A program made the translations under genes and the position numbers. Of a stretch of 64,000 nucleotides of DNA, positions 9,595 to 19,411 are shown one piece after another. The notes beneath the pieces were generated by a model. It saw only the letters and a list, made by a program, of their open reading frames with translations. It made no database searches and was not told the DNA's origin. The stretch's first letter is position 1. Each line of letters begins with the position of its first letter. The stretch is taken from assembly GCA_025454795.1 (NCBI GenBank), contig JALONT010000008.1, forward strand, positions 21,423-85,422, in the 5' to 3' direction. This DNA comes from Bacteroidales bacterium (GTDB taxonomy: Bacteria > Bacteroidota > Bacteroidia > Bacteroidales > VadinHA17).

Positions 9595-10615
9595 AACCGC
9601 AGTCGTCATATTGAACTGGAACGGTATCGGATACCTGAAAATGTTTCTCGATATCGTCAGACGTTATTCATCGGATACAGAAACTGAATTATATGTAGCT
9701 GATAACGGATCAACCGACGGCTCTGCTGAATGGATTGCTGAAAATTTCAAGGATGTGAAGCTGATCAGACTTGAAAAGAACTTCGGATTTGCCGAAGGAT
9801 ATAACCTTGCCCTTGAGAAGATCGAAGCAAAATATTATCTTCTCCTGAACTCAGACATTGAAGTCTCTCCCGGATGGCTGAAACCAATGTTAAGCTTTAT
9901 GGAAAATAATCACGATGCAGCTTCGTGCCAGCCTAAGATCCTCTCGTATCTGCAAAAAGATCATTTCGAATATGCGGGTGCTGCAGGAGGCTTTATCGAC
10001 AGGCTGGGATATCCGCTGTGCAGAGGCAGGATACTGACACATGTTGAAAAAGATGCTGGTCAGTATGATTCACAGTGCGATGTTTTCTGGTCCACAGGAG
10101 CATGCATGATGGTCCGTTCCGACGCCTGGAGAAAGTGCGGTGGTTTCGATCCTGATTTTTTTGCACACATGGAAGAGATAGACCTTTGCTGGCGTTTTCA
10201 CAGAATGGGATACAGGGTTTGTTATATTCCAGGTTCAAAGGTATATCATGTCGGAGGGGGTGCATTACCATATAATTCTCCTTTTAAAACATATCTCAAT
10301 TTTCGCAACAGTCTCTACCTGCTTTACAAGAACCTGCCTGACAGAAACTTCTCCGGAATCATGCTTATGAGGAAAATACTGGATGGGATTGCCGCACTGT
10401 TTTTTCTTATAAAGGGTCAGTTCAGCAGTACCGCAGCGGTATGGAAGGCGCACAGGGATTATTACAAACATCATGATAAGCTCAGGGAAAAAAGAAAATT
10501 GATCGAAAATAGCTGTGAGTATAAATCAACAGAAATGATTTTGAACAAGTTTGTCGTTTTTGAGTTTTATATTAAAAGGAATAAGACTTTTACAAAACTG
10601 AAAACGAATTTCTGA
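9587..10615 (+). CDS. family 2 glycosyltransferase
   Basis: GT-A motifs VVILNWNG, ADNGSTDGS, LLLNSDIE, GACMMVR and EEIDLCWR. The start is taken at the ATG of MVKTAVV, which overlaps the upstream stop (ATGGTTAA). The track start at 9440 is a TTG inside the previous gene. Confidence 0.8.
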   Translation: MVKTAVVILNWNGIGYLKMFLDIVRRYSSDTETELYVADNGSTDGSAEWIAENFKDVKLIRLEKNFGFAEGYNLALEKIEAKYYLLLNSDIEVSPGWLKPMLSFMENNHDAASCQPKILSYLQKDHFEYAGAAGGFIDRLGYPLCRGRILTHVEKDAGQYDSQCDVFWSTGACMMVRSDAWRKCGGFDPDFFAHMEEIDLCWRFHRMGYRVCYIPGSKVYHVGGGALPYNSPFKTYLNFRNSLYLLYKNLPDRNFSGIMLMRKILDGIAALFFLIKGQFSSTAAVWKAHRDYYKHHDKLREKRKLIENSCEYKSTEMILNKFVVFEFYIKRNKTFTKLKTNF

Positions 10616-10620
10616 TCAAA

Positions 10621-11790
10621 ATGAAGAATTACCAGATGATAGTATTCTTATCCATTGTACTGACAATCTACTCTCTTACAAACACTTATATATTTTTCAG
10701 GGGATATTACGCTATAGCGTCATCAAGGGATAGCCGGATACTCTATACCATTTTATTCATTTCACTGGCTCTTACTTTCATTGCCGGTAAGTTCCTTGAA
10801 TACAGGCATTCAACAGTTCTTTCCGATATTCTGAATATAACAGGTGGATTCTGGATGGGATTCATGCTTTATGGATTTTTATTCCTGTTTCTTTCAGACA
10901 TAACCGGACTTTTATTGCGTATTCCCGGGATTATAAACAGCCAGAATATCGTTGAATACAAAAAATGGTCTTTCCTTGTCGCAACAGCACTATCCATCCT
11001 TCTGATCGCCGGTGGTTTTGTCAATGCAATTATTCCTGTGGCAAAGGAATATAACATCAGAATTGACAAACCTGCAGGAGAGATAAGGAGCCTTCGTGTG
11101 GCTGCCGTTTCAGATATACATCTTGGGAGCATAATCCGGAAACGAAGCATTAAAAAATTGTCGGCATTACTCGAAAAAATAAAGCCAGATGTTGTATTTC
11201 TGCTTGGTGATATTGTTGACGGAGAGCTGGGACCTGTTCTGAGAGACGATCTCCTGAAGTATTTTACTGCACCTCATGCCAGGTATGGCCTTTACGCAAT
11301 TACCGGCAATCATGAATTTATCGGAGGTGCAGAAAGGACTATCCCCTATATAGAGAGCAAGGGGATAAGGGTCCTTAAAGATGAAACAATTCTGCTGCCG
11401 GGAGGCATTCAGGTGATCGGACGGCTCGATCGCGACTCTTTCAGATACTTTGCAAAAGAGAGGCTGCCGATAGAGGAGCTTATGAAAGATATTGATCACT
11501 CCAAACCTGTCATTATGCTTGATCACCAGCCATTACGACTTGAAGAATCAGAGAGAAATGGTGTCGACCTGCAGCTTTCGGGTCATACCCATAACGGTCA
11601 GATGTGGCCGCTGAATTATTTGACACGAAAGATCTTTGAATTAAGCTATGGTTACCTTGAGAAAGGAAAAACAAAAATTATTGTTTCATCAGGTTTCGGG
11701 CTCTGGGGTCCCAGGATCAGGTCAGGTAGCCGGTCCGAGGTACTAATGATCAATATTTTATTTGAAGGAAAAAGAGAAGCTTCTGAATAG
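10621..11790 (+). CDS. membrane-anchored metallophosphoesterase
   Basis: 389 aa. Several N-terminal TM helices are followed by the calcineurin-like motifs VSDIHLG, GDIVDG, GNHE and GHTHNGQ. Confidence 0.8.
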   Translation: MKNYQMIVFLSIVLTIYSLTNTYIFFRGYYAIASSRDSRILYTILFISLALTFIAGKFLEYRHSTVLSDILNITGGFWMGFMLYGFLFLFLSDITGLLLRIPGIINSQNIVEYKKWSFLVATALSILLIAGGFVNAIIPVAKEYNIRIDKPAGEIRSLRVAAVSDIHLGSIIRKRSIKKLSALLEKIKPDVVFLLGDIVDGELGPVLRDDLLKYFTAPHARYGLYAITGNHEFIGGAERTIPYIESKGIRVLKDETILLPGGIQVIGRLDRDSFRYFAKERLPIEELMKDIDHSKPVIMLDHQPLRLEESERNGVDLQLSGHTHNGQMWPLNYLTRKIFELSYGYLEKGKTKIIVSSGFGLWGPRIRSGSRSEVLMINILFEGKREASE

Positions 11791-11795
11791 TATTT

Positions 11796-13088
11796 CTACA
11801 GCAGCTCATAAACCTGCTCAAGGGCCATTCCTCTTGATCCTTTTATCAGAATATGGTATCCTTTAACAGGATCATTTTTAAGAAATTCCTTCAGTTTTGA
11901 TGTATCAGGAAATGATTTAAAATCTGACCCTTTTGAGACTCTGGTGAATAAAGGTCCGGCAAGCATAACATTCTTAAATTTATTGTCTTTAAGAACTTTA
12001 ATGATCTTTAAGTGTTCTTCTTTGCTCTTCTCTCCAAGCTCAAGCATATCACCGAGTATACATAACTTTTTATCGGACCTCACAGTACTGAAGGATTCCA
12101 GGGCCATCCTCATACTTTCAGGATTAGCATTATAGGAATCACAAATGAGTAAATTGTTTTTTGATTCTTTCACCTGCGATCTGTTATTGCCGGGGTTATA
12201 CTCCTCTATTGCATTTACTATATCTTCCATTTCCACACCGAGGAAAAGGCCTGTTGCAACGGCAGCTTTTACATTCTCAATGTTATAAGCACCAAAAAGG
12301 TTTGTCCTGATCATATATGTCCTATGGTGATATGATGCCCTAATCATTAGATTCATATCAGATGGTTCAGGGCTGATAATGAGGCCTATACCCGTAGGGT
12401 CGGAATATGGTACAGCCCTGTTCACCATTTTGAATATCTTTTCCGACAGAACACGATCCTTATCATTATAAATAGCAATGCCGTTTACTTTTCTAAGGTG
12501 TTCATATAGCTCTGTCTTTGTCTTCAGCACTCCTTCAAATGTTCCGAAGCTCTCGATATGGGCTGTTCCTATATTAGTAATGATTCCATAGTCAGGTTTT
12601 GCAATGAGGCACAGGATTCTGATTTCGCCGACATGACTTGCCCCTAATTCGACGATCAGCATTTCGGTAACTTCAGGTGCGGAGAGTATTGTCAGAGGGA
12701 CACCAATCTGATTATTAAGGTTTCCGCTTGTGGCATGTACCTTAAATTTTTTCGATAATATGACCGCAAGCAGCTCTTTAGTTGTCGTCTTACCGTTAGT
12801 TCCGGTAATAGCAAGCACTGAGGTCTTCATCTCCCTGCGATAATAAGTAGCCAGAGCCTGAAGCTCAAGAAGGCAATCATCAACCAGGATTGTCTTCTCT
12901 GTTTCAAAAGAGGCATCATCTATAATTGCCCATGAAGCACCTTTTTCGAGTGCCTCGGCAGCGAATTTATTGCCGTTATAATTTTCGCCCCAGAGAGCAA
13001 AAAATATCTGACCTTTTATTACGGTCCGGGAATCGGTGGAGATACCTGAAGATTCCCTGAAGAGTTTATAAAGCAGTTCTGTCTTCAT
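11796..13088 (-). CDS. murF: UDP-N-acetylmuramoyl-tripeptide--D-alanyl-D-alanine ligase
   Basis: 430 aa with the Mur-ligase motifs ITGTNGKTTTKE, NIGTAHIE, DSYNANP and GDMLELG. Confidence 0.85.
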   Translation of the reverse strand: MKTELLYKLFRESSGISTDSRTVIKGQIFFALWGENYNGNKFAAEALEKGASWAIIDDASFETEKTILVDDCLLELQALATYYRREMKTSVLAITGTNGKTTTKELLAVILSKKFKVHATSGNLNNQIGVPLTILSAPEVTEMLIVELGASHVGEIRILCLIAKPDYGIITNIGTAHIESFGTFEGVLKTKTELYEHLRKVNGIAIYNDKDRVLSEKIFKMVNRAVPYSDPTGIGLIISPEPSDMNLMIRASYHHRTYMIRTNLFGAYNIENVKAAVATGLFLGVEMEDIVNAIEEYNPGNNRSQVKESKNNLLICDSYNANPESMRMALESFSTVRSDKKLCILGDMLELGEKSKEEHLKIIKVLKDNKFKNVMLAGPLFTRVSKGSDFKSFPDTSKLKEFLKNDPVKGYHILIKGSRGMALEQVYELL

Positions 13089-13197
13089 CTTTTTAAAAAA
13101 ATGACTTAAAAATCATTCTCGCCTTCTGCTCCCTAAAGGGGATTTTTATAAAAGCCTGTTAATCAACTGTTCTGCATAGTGGAATTTAGGGGCAGGT

Positions 13198-13229
13198 GAT
13201 AAAAATGGGGCTTCAGATAAAGCCCCATT
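13198..13229 (-). terminator. intrinsic terminator downstream of gldJ
   Basis: On the minus strand AAUGGGGCUU-UAUCUG-AAGCCCCAUU forms a 10-bp stem followed by a U-run (UUUAUC), about 20 nt after the gldJ stop. Confidence 0.55.
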
Positions 13230-13251
13230 ATATATTATTACAATCTTTCTT

Positions 13252-14745
13252 TTAGAATCCTGAAGGGCTGCCAACCCTGATCATAGCGCACCTGAATCCA
13301 ATATCGTCACGACAGCTTTCCTGGTCGAGGAATCTCCTTGTTGATGGATTCAGCCAATAGGCTCTGTCTTTCCAGGAACCACCTTTGTATACTCTGGCAT
13401 TATCGTTTATAAGAGTCACAAAATCAGATGTTCCACCCGTTCCCATATCCTGGGCATACATTCTCAGAGAGGCCTGTTTGCCATCATCTGCATTCCAGTC
13501 GTTGGTTATTGCAGATTTAATATCACCATCCCTGTAATTCCTGTAATCGCCTTTCTGATAGTTATATCTGTTAGCAACATCAATATCTTTAACGGTATCA
13601 ATATAAAGTCTTCCAAGGTTGTTCTTTGTAACGACTTTACCGTTTGCATCGCGACGAAGGTCGGTATAAACATTGCCTCTGAAGGGATTGAACTCGTCAA
13701 TATCGTCAGAAGTCAATGGACGGTATACATCCTGAACCCATTCATTTACATTACCTGCCATACAATAAAGACCATAATCATTCGGCCAGTAAGCTTTAAC
13801 ATCGCTTGTAATGCTGGCGTTGTCGTTCAGGCTTCCTGCAACACCCATCATATCGCCTCTGCCGCGTACAAAATTTGCCATCATTTCACCTCGTGATTTG
13901 GGTGATGAGTTTCTGACGTTATGTCCATCCCATGGATAAACTCTTCTTTCATAGATTCTTTCTTCAAAGGTAGTTCCTCTCAGTGCATAAGCTGCAAATT
14001 CCCATTCTGCTTCAGTTGGCAGACGGTAACTTGGGAGCAGCAATCCGTCTTCGAAATTTGTTCTCCTTTCAGTCTGATTGGGATTCAGGCTTTCCCGCAG
14101 CTGGTTAACGACTCCTTCGTACTGACCGGATAAGTAAGCTTCGGTATTAAAGTTATTCTGATTTGCCTGAGCAGGATCGTAATCAAGCTCTCCTTCAGTT
14201 ATAAGAAGCTGTTCATTTACCCTGTCGCTTCTCCATAGGCAATAATCGTTTGCTTTAAGCCAGCTAACGCCTACAACCGGATAATTATTATAGGAAGGAT
14301 GTCTGAAATAATACTGAACATAAGGATCATTGAATCCCATGGGACTTCTCCAGACAAGAGTATCCGGCAGTGCTCTTCTTTGAACTTCAGGGTAATCAGT
14401 ATAAACGCGACGCAGCCAGAACAAATATTCGCGGTAATCTACGTTTCTGACCTCTGTCTCATCCATATAAAATGATGATACAGTAACTGTCCTTGGTTTA
14501 TTGTTCCAGTCAAACAAGACGTCCTGCGTTATCTGCCCCATTGTGAAGCGTCCTCCTTCGATGAGAACCAGACCGGGACCGGTCTGCTGTTCAGCACCAA
14601 GGGTAACCTCAAATCCACCATTATCAGGATTGTTATAATCCCAGCCTGTAGTGGAAGAAACGTTTTCTTTTCCTTTTTTATTGCTACAGGAAATAAGTAA
14701 AAGTGAGGTAAACAAAACAAACAGTAAGGCTCTGAATTTATACAT
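13252..14745 (-). CDS. gldJ: gliding motility / T9SS-associated lipoprotein GldJ (SUMF1/FGE-type domain)
   Basis: Lipoprotein signal MYKFRALLFVLFTSLLLISC. FGE-sulfatase-like segments are GGRFTMG, VSSFYMDETEVRN, RLPTEAEWEFAA, GNVNEWV, GGSW and GFRC. The gene sits next to murF, as in described flavobacterial gldJ loci. The track start at 14781 is a TTG. Confidence 0.8.
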   Translation of the reverse strand: MYKFRALLFVLFTSLLLISCSNKKGKENVSSTTGWDYNNPDNGGFEVTLGAEQQTGPGLVLIEGGRFTMGQITQDVLFDWNNKPRTVTVSSFYMDETEVRNVDYREYLFWLRRVYTDYPEVQRRALPDTLVWRSPMGFNDPYVQYYFRHPSYNNYPVVGVSWLKANDYCLWRSDRVNEQLLITEGELDYDPAQANQNNFNTEAYLSGQYEGVVNQLRESLNPNQTERRTNFEDGLLLPSYRLPTEAEWEFAAYALRGTTFEERIYERRVYPWDGHNVRNSSPKSRGEMMANFVRGRGDMMGVAGSLNDNASITSDVKAYWPNDYGLYCMAGNVNEWVQDVYRPLTSDDIDEFNPFRGNVYTDLRRDANGKVVTKNNLGRLYIDTVKDIDVANRYNYQKGDYRNYRDGDIKSAITNDWNADDGKQASLRMYAQDMGTGGTSDFVTLINDNARVYKGGSWKDRAYWLNPSTRRFLDQESCRDDIGFRCAMIRVGSPSGF

Positions 14746-14778
14746 AACTCCTTTAGTTTTATGGCTTTTAAGAATATC

Positions 14779-14786
14779 CAAATATA
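14779..14786 (-). promoter_or_regulatory. candidate -7 box (TATATTTG on the minus strand) upstream of gldJ
   Basis: Exact TAnnTTTG match about 35 nt upstream of the ATG at 14745. A second identical octamer lies at 14818-14825. Confidence 0.3.
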
Positions 14787-14826
14787 ATAAATATTACAAA
14801 ACTAATTTTTCCGATCTCAAATATAA

Positions 14827-15804
14827 CTACAATTTAGGAAAATTTATTGTTTTGATAGTTTTTCTTTTATCAACATTGTTTAAACTGAAGACAACACCAG
14901 TCTGGTGAAGTAGCGAAAACGGAAGCAGATTATTTCCTGATACAATATTAAAACGATAATTATAGAAAACAACAAAGGTGCCGGCATTAACAGCAAATCC
15001 TGTCTGAATGTCAATATTATTCAGGTTGTCAGTAAATAACAATGAATTGATTGACAGATATTTACTCTCAAATACCGCACCGGCACCAAGGGAGATAAAA
15101 CCTTTCTGCAGCTCTAGTTTTCCTGCGGGTCTTATCTTCAGATTTTTTACAGCGCTTATGTCAAAGTCATGGGCTGCCAGTATTAAAAGAGTCCTGTTTA
15201 GTCTGCTTTCAATCATATCAGTTCTGCTAAGGTCGGTTTCAGTAAGATGACTGACCGAAATACCTCCGAAAAACCTGCCCGAAAAAATCATGAACCCGGT
15301 GCCCAGGTCGAAAATCGTCTTTCCTCCGGAGGTTAATATTTCTCCGGCCGGCAATACAGCACCGCTGAGCGGATCAATCTGATCAGGAAGAACTGCTCCT
15401 CCTGTTCTTAAACCACGATTATAAAATGAAGCTGAAAGCCCGGCACTAAAATAGAGGTCCCGGGATGCACGGAAAATGTAAGCATATGATAATCCCCCTT
15501 TCAGATCATTGAAGATGCCTCCAAGATAATTATCGGAAAGGTAAAAACCTCCTCCCCCATGCAGTGACGGAAAGTAACCGTCATAGGATAAGCAGACAGA
15601 ATGAAGATCAAAACCATTTCCAGGGTAAAGATTCCTGTATGATAAACGGATATTGCCATTACCCTCACTTCCGGTAAGAGCCGGATTGCTGATAAGCGTT
15701 GTCTGGTAATCTGGTCCATAAGCAGGCTCCTGTCCGGAAACAGCTTGCAAACCGGTAATAAGAACCAGTAGAAAACAACACAGATCTCTTGTTTTATTAA
15801 GCAT
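14827..15804 (-). CDS. type IX secretion system membrane protein, PorP/SprF family
   Basis: 325 aa with a signal peptide. The N-terminal YQTTLISNPALTG...RLSYRN pattern and predicted beta-barrel-like alternation fit the family. The gene lies between gldJ and porU. Confidence 0.7.
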   Translation of the reverse strand: MLNKTRDLCCFLLVLITGLQAVSGQEPAYGPDYQTTLISNPALTGSEGNGNIRLSYRNLYPGNGFDLHSVCLSYDGYFPSLHGGGGFYLSDNYLGGIFNDLKGGLSYAYIFRASRDLYFSAGLSASFYNRGLRTGGAVLPDQIDPLSGAVLPAGEILTSGGKTIFDLGTGFMIFSGRFFGGISVSHLTETDLSRTDMIESRLNRTLLILAAHDFDISAVKNLKIRPAGKLELQKGFISLGAGAVFESKYLSINSLLFTDNLNNIDIQTGFAVNAGTFVVFYNYRFNIVSGNNLLPFSLLHQTGVVFSLNNVDKRKTIKTINFPKL

Positions 15805-15894
15805 CCTGCAATATCAACGTAATGAATTCGTTATTATTTTAGTCCTGACTGTTCAAAAAAAATAAAATAGAATAACAAACACAAAGCACATTTT

Positions 15895-15902
15895 TATCTT
15901 TG
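15895..15902 (+). promoter_or_regulatory. candidate -7 box (TATCTTTG) upstream of porU
   Basis: TAnnTTTG match ending 9 nt before the porU ATG. This would give a very short leader. Confidence 0.3.
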
Positions 15903-15910
15903 TCCGGATA

Positions 15911-18900
15911 ATGATCAAAACCTTTTATATATCATTTCTCCTGATTGCCATACAAATTAATCTGTGTGCACAGCAGACCAAAGATAGTTATTCTTCTTCC
16001 TCGGTGCTCTCATCAGGTAAATGGTTCAGGATTGCTGTTCTTCGCGATGGTATATACAGGATCGATTACTCAAAACTAAGGGATCTGGGAATTTCATATC
16101 CAGAGAATCCATGTATTTATGCTAATAATTTCGGGCAATTATCTTATTATAATGATGATCCGAAACCTGACGATCTGAAGGAGGTATCGATTTTCACCTC
16201 AACAGGAAGCGACGGGATCTTCAACGATGGCGATTATATTCTCTTTTATGGGCAGGGGACAGGAAGGTGGAAATTCAATCCTTCAACCGGAGAATACGAT
16301 TATATCCGTCACAATTATTCAGATACAGCATTCTATTTCCTTACTTCATCCCCAACTATGGGTAAAAGGATTTCGGTTGCTTCCGACCCGGAAGGATCAC
16401 CCAATTATTTTTCTTCTGAATCGGATGCGTTGTTCATTCATGAGATTGAAACAGAGAATCTTATTAAGTCAGGAAGGGAATGGTACCAGCCTGTTTCCAC
16501 AATTCAGGGACTTACCATAAATCCTCATTTCACGGACCTGCTGACAAATGAAAAAGTAAAATTCGACATCAGGGTAGCCGGAAGATCACCTGTCAACTCC
16601 ATCTTCAGGTTTTACGAGGGAACTACCCTGCGACAGAATATACAGGTCAGGTCAGTTAGTATTTCAAATTATACTGGTACATATGCCGAAATTACTGATT
16701 CAGCAGGATCAGCATTCCCTGCTTCTTCATCACCGATTTATGAAATTAAGTTCTTCAATAACGGGGAATTTTCAGCAAGGGGATGGGTTGATTTTGTAAG
16801 ACTCCAGGGAAGAAAACGTAATTCATTCGGCAATAAGACGACTTTCATTACTGATGGAAGATCTGCAGTACCGGGCCGGATAACAGAATTTGCCATAAAC
16901 AGTACCGCCGGCAGCCCGCTGATCTGGGATATAACAGATCCTTCTGCTCCGAAAAAGATTCAGTATACCAGGTTCGCTCAGGAGGTAAAATTCAAAGCTT
17001 TAACAGATGACCTCAGGTCGTATGTGATATTCAATGAATCAGCGGCAGATCAACCAATTATAAGATCACTCCCACTTCAAAACCAGGATCTGCACAGCTC
17101 TGATCCTGCTGAGATGGTTATTATTGTACATCCGTTATTCAGAAAATATGCAGAAAAACTTGCTGCAATGCATTTCGAAAACAACGGACTCATCTCATTG
17201 GTTGTGACTCCGGGGGAGATTTACAATGAGTTTTCCGGAGGGATCCCGGACATTGCAGCAATAAGAAATTTCCTCAGGATGAAGTTCATTAAACAATCAG
17301 GTTCCCCGAATCCGCTAAAATATCTGCTTTTATTTGGTGACGGGTCATATGAAAACCGTACACCACCGAACCTTACTCCACCGCTCGGAAACCCTAACTT
17401 CGTGCCTACTTATCAGTCCCAAAACTCAAATATTGTAGTTTCTTCGTTCACATCCGATGATTTTTACGGATTGCTTGAGAATGGTGAAGGAGAAGCGAAA
17501 GGTACCGAAGATATAGGAATAGGAAGACTACCTGTTTCTGACACATCACAGGCAGGAATAATTATCAGAAAGATTGCATCATACCTTGATGTTTCTAATA
17601 CCGGCAACTGGAAAAATGTTGTTTGTTTATCTGCAGATGATGAAGACAGTAACACATATATGTCTGACTCGGAGGGACTTTCCAGGATTCTGGCTGATAG
17701 TGTACCTTATATTAATGTCGACAAAATCTATCTGGATGCTTTCAGACAGGTGACCTCTGTAAATGGACAGTCATATCCTGATGTAACAACGGCAATTAAC
17801 AACCGGATAAACTCGGGTGCCCTTATATTTAATTATGTTGGACATGGAAATGAAAACGGTCTTGCACACGAGAGAGTTGTAAAAACTGAAGATATCAATT
17901 CCTGGGAAAACGGAGCCAGGCTTCCGCTTTTCATTACAGCGACATGCGAATTCAGCAGGTTCGACGACATTGACTTAAATATCATAACCAGGGAAATGTC
18001 TGGTAAAACATCTGCCGGGGAGATGGTCCTTCTGAACAGTGAGGGCGGAGGTATTGCCCTGATGTCGACAACACGTGTTGTATTTGCTCCGCCTAATTAT
18101 TCCCTCAATAAGAGTATTTTTAAGTACGCTTTCACTCGCGATTCTTCAGGCAATGCTTTAAGCCTGGGAGATATTATTAAGCTGGCAAAGATAAATTCGG
18201 GGAGCGGATCTAATAAAAGGAACTTTTCACTGCTTGGTGATCCTGCTGTAAGGCTTGCTTATCCCTGGCACGGCATGGTGGTTACTGATTCCATAAACCA
18301 TATTGAGGTCACTGGCAGACCCGATAGCCTTAAAGCACTTTCAAGAATCACTGTATCAGGACACATCGAGGATATGAAGGGAAATGCAGCAAATGATTTT
18401 AACGGGATCGTATCACCTCTTATTTTCGATAAGGCTTCAGAGATCAAAACCCTTGCAAATGACGGTGGCCTGACAATGAAATTTAACCTCAGAAATAATA
18501 TTCTTTTCAGCGGTAAAACAACAGCTTCGAAAGGTAAATTCAGCTTTACCTTCATTGTACCAAGAGATATTGATTACTCCTTCGGCTCCGGGAAAATCAG
18601 CTATTATGCAAATGATGAGGCAAGTGATATGACAGGGTATTTCTCAGATATCATTGTTGGCGGATTTGCTAAAACGGGTATTGCAGATACTTCCGGACCA
18701 AAAATCAGTCTTTACATGAACGATACACTTTTCAGAAACGGTGGTATTACGGATAAAAATCCCCGCCTGCTGGCAATTATTTCTGACAGGGGAGGTATCA
18801 ACACAACAGGTTCCGGGATAGGTCATGATCTGACAGGTTATCTCGACAATGACAGGAACAGTTCATTCGTTCTCAACAGCTATTTTGAGAATGACTTCGA

Positions 18901-19345
18901 TAACTATATGAAGGGGAAGATTGTATATAACCTCTCCGGTCTTTCCGGAGGGAGCCACACCCTCACTATAAAAGCCTGGGATAACTATAATAACTCTTCA
19001 GAAGAATCGATCCTGTTCCTTGTTGAAACAGACAGGAAATTCATCCTTAACAACCTGATGAACTATCCCAATCCTGTTGTAAATGAGACAAACATAAGTA
19101 TGGAGCATAACAGGCCTGATGAAGAATATGAAGTAACAATCACCATTTTAGATATGAGCGGAAGGATAATCAGGATCCTCAAAGCTTCAGATTATTCGAA
19201 TGGATACAGGCTGGCACCGGTAATCTGGGACGGCAATACTGAAGGCGGAAAAAGAGTGGGCAAGGGTATCTACCCGTACAGGGTAACCGTCATTACAGGC
19301 AAAGGAGAAACAGCTTCCACTTCAGGTCGAATGATCATTTTATAA
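15911..19345 (+). CDS. porU: type IX secretion system sortase PorU (C25 peptidase family)
   Basis: 1144 aa with a signal peptide. A gingipain-like catalytic region (YLLLFGDGSYE, NYVGHGNE, ATCEF) is followed by a T9SS-type C-terminal domain (NYPNPV...GIYPYRV). porV follows immediately. Confidence 0.85.
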   Translation: MIKTFYISFLLIAIQINLCAQQTKDSYSSSSVLSSGKWFRIAVLRDGIYRIDYSKLRDLGISYPENPCIYANNFGQLSYYNDDPKPDDLKEVSIFTSTGSDGIFNDGDYILFYGQGTGRWKFNPSTGEYDYIRHNYSDTAFYFLTSSPTMGKRISVASDPEGSPNYFSSESDALFIHEIETENLIKSGREWYQPVSTIQGLTINPHFTDLLTNEKVKFDIRVAGRSPVNSIFRFYEGTTLRQNIQVRSVSISNYTGTYAEITDSAGSAFPASSSPIYEIKFFNNGEFSARGWVDFVRLQGRKRNSFGNKTTFITDGRSAVPGRITEFAINSTAGSPLIWDITDPSAPKKIQYTRFAQEVKFKALTDDLRSYVIFNESAADQPIIRSLPLQNQDLHSSDPAEMVIIVHPLFRKYAEKLAAMHFENNGLISLVVTPGEIYNEFSGGIPDIAAIRNFLRMKFIKQSGSPNPLKYLLLFGDGSYENRTPPNLTPPLGNPNFVPTYQSQNSNIVVSSFTSDDFYGLLENGEGEAKGTEDIGIGRLPVSDTSQAGIIIRKIASYLDVSNTGNWKNVVCLSADDEDSNTYMSDSEGLSRILADSVPYINVDKIYLDAFRQVTSVNGQSYPDVTTAINNRINSGALIFNYVGHGNENGLAHERVVKTEDINSWENGARLPLFITATCEFSRFDDIDLNIITREMSGKTSAGEMVLLNSEGGGIALMSTTRVVFAPPNYSLNKSIFKYAFTRDSSGNALSLGDIIKLAKINSGSGSNKRNFSLLGDPAVRLAYPWHGMVVTDSINHIEVTGRPDSLKALSRITVSGHIEDMKGNAANDFNGIVSPLIFDKASEIKTLANDGGLTMKFNLRNNILFSGKTTASKGKFSFTFIVPRDIDYSFGSGKISYYANDEASDMTGYFSDIIVGGFAKTGIADTSGPKISLYMNDTLFRNGGITDKNPRLLAIISDRGGINTTGSGIGHDLTGYLDNDRNSSFVLNSYFENDFDNYMKGKIVYNLSGLSGGSHTLTIKAWDNYNNSSEESILFLVETDRKFILNNLMNYPNPVVNETNISMEHNRPDEEYEVTITILDMSGRIIRILKASDYSNGYRLAPVIWDGNTEGGKRVGKGIYPYRVTVITGKGETASTSGRMIIL

Positions 19346-19411
19346 CTAAAGTACAATAACATAGATAAAAAAATGTTTTATATTTGAAGTTTAAGAATAA
19401 ATGGGGGAAGC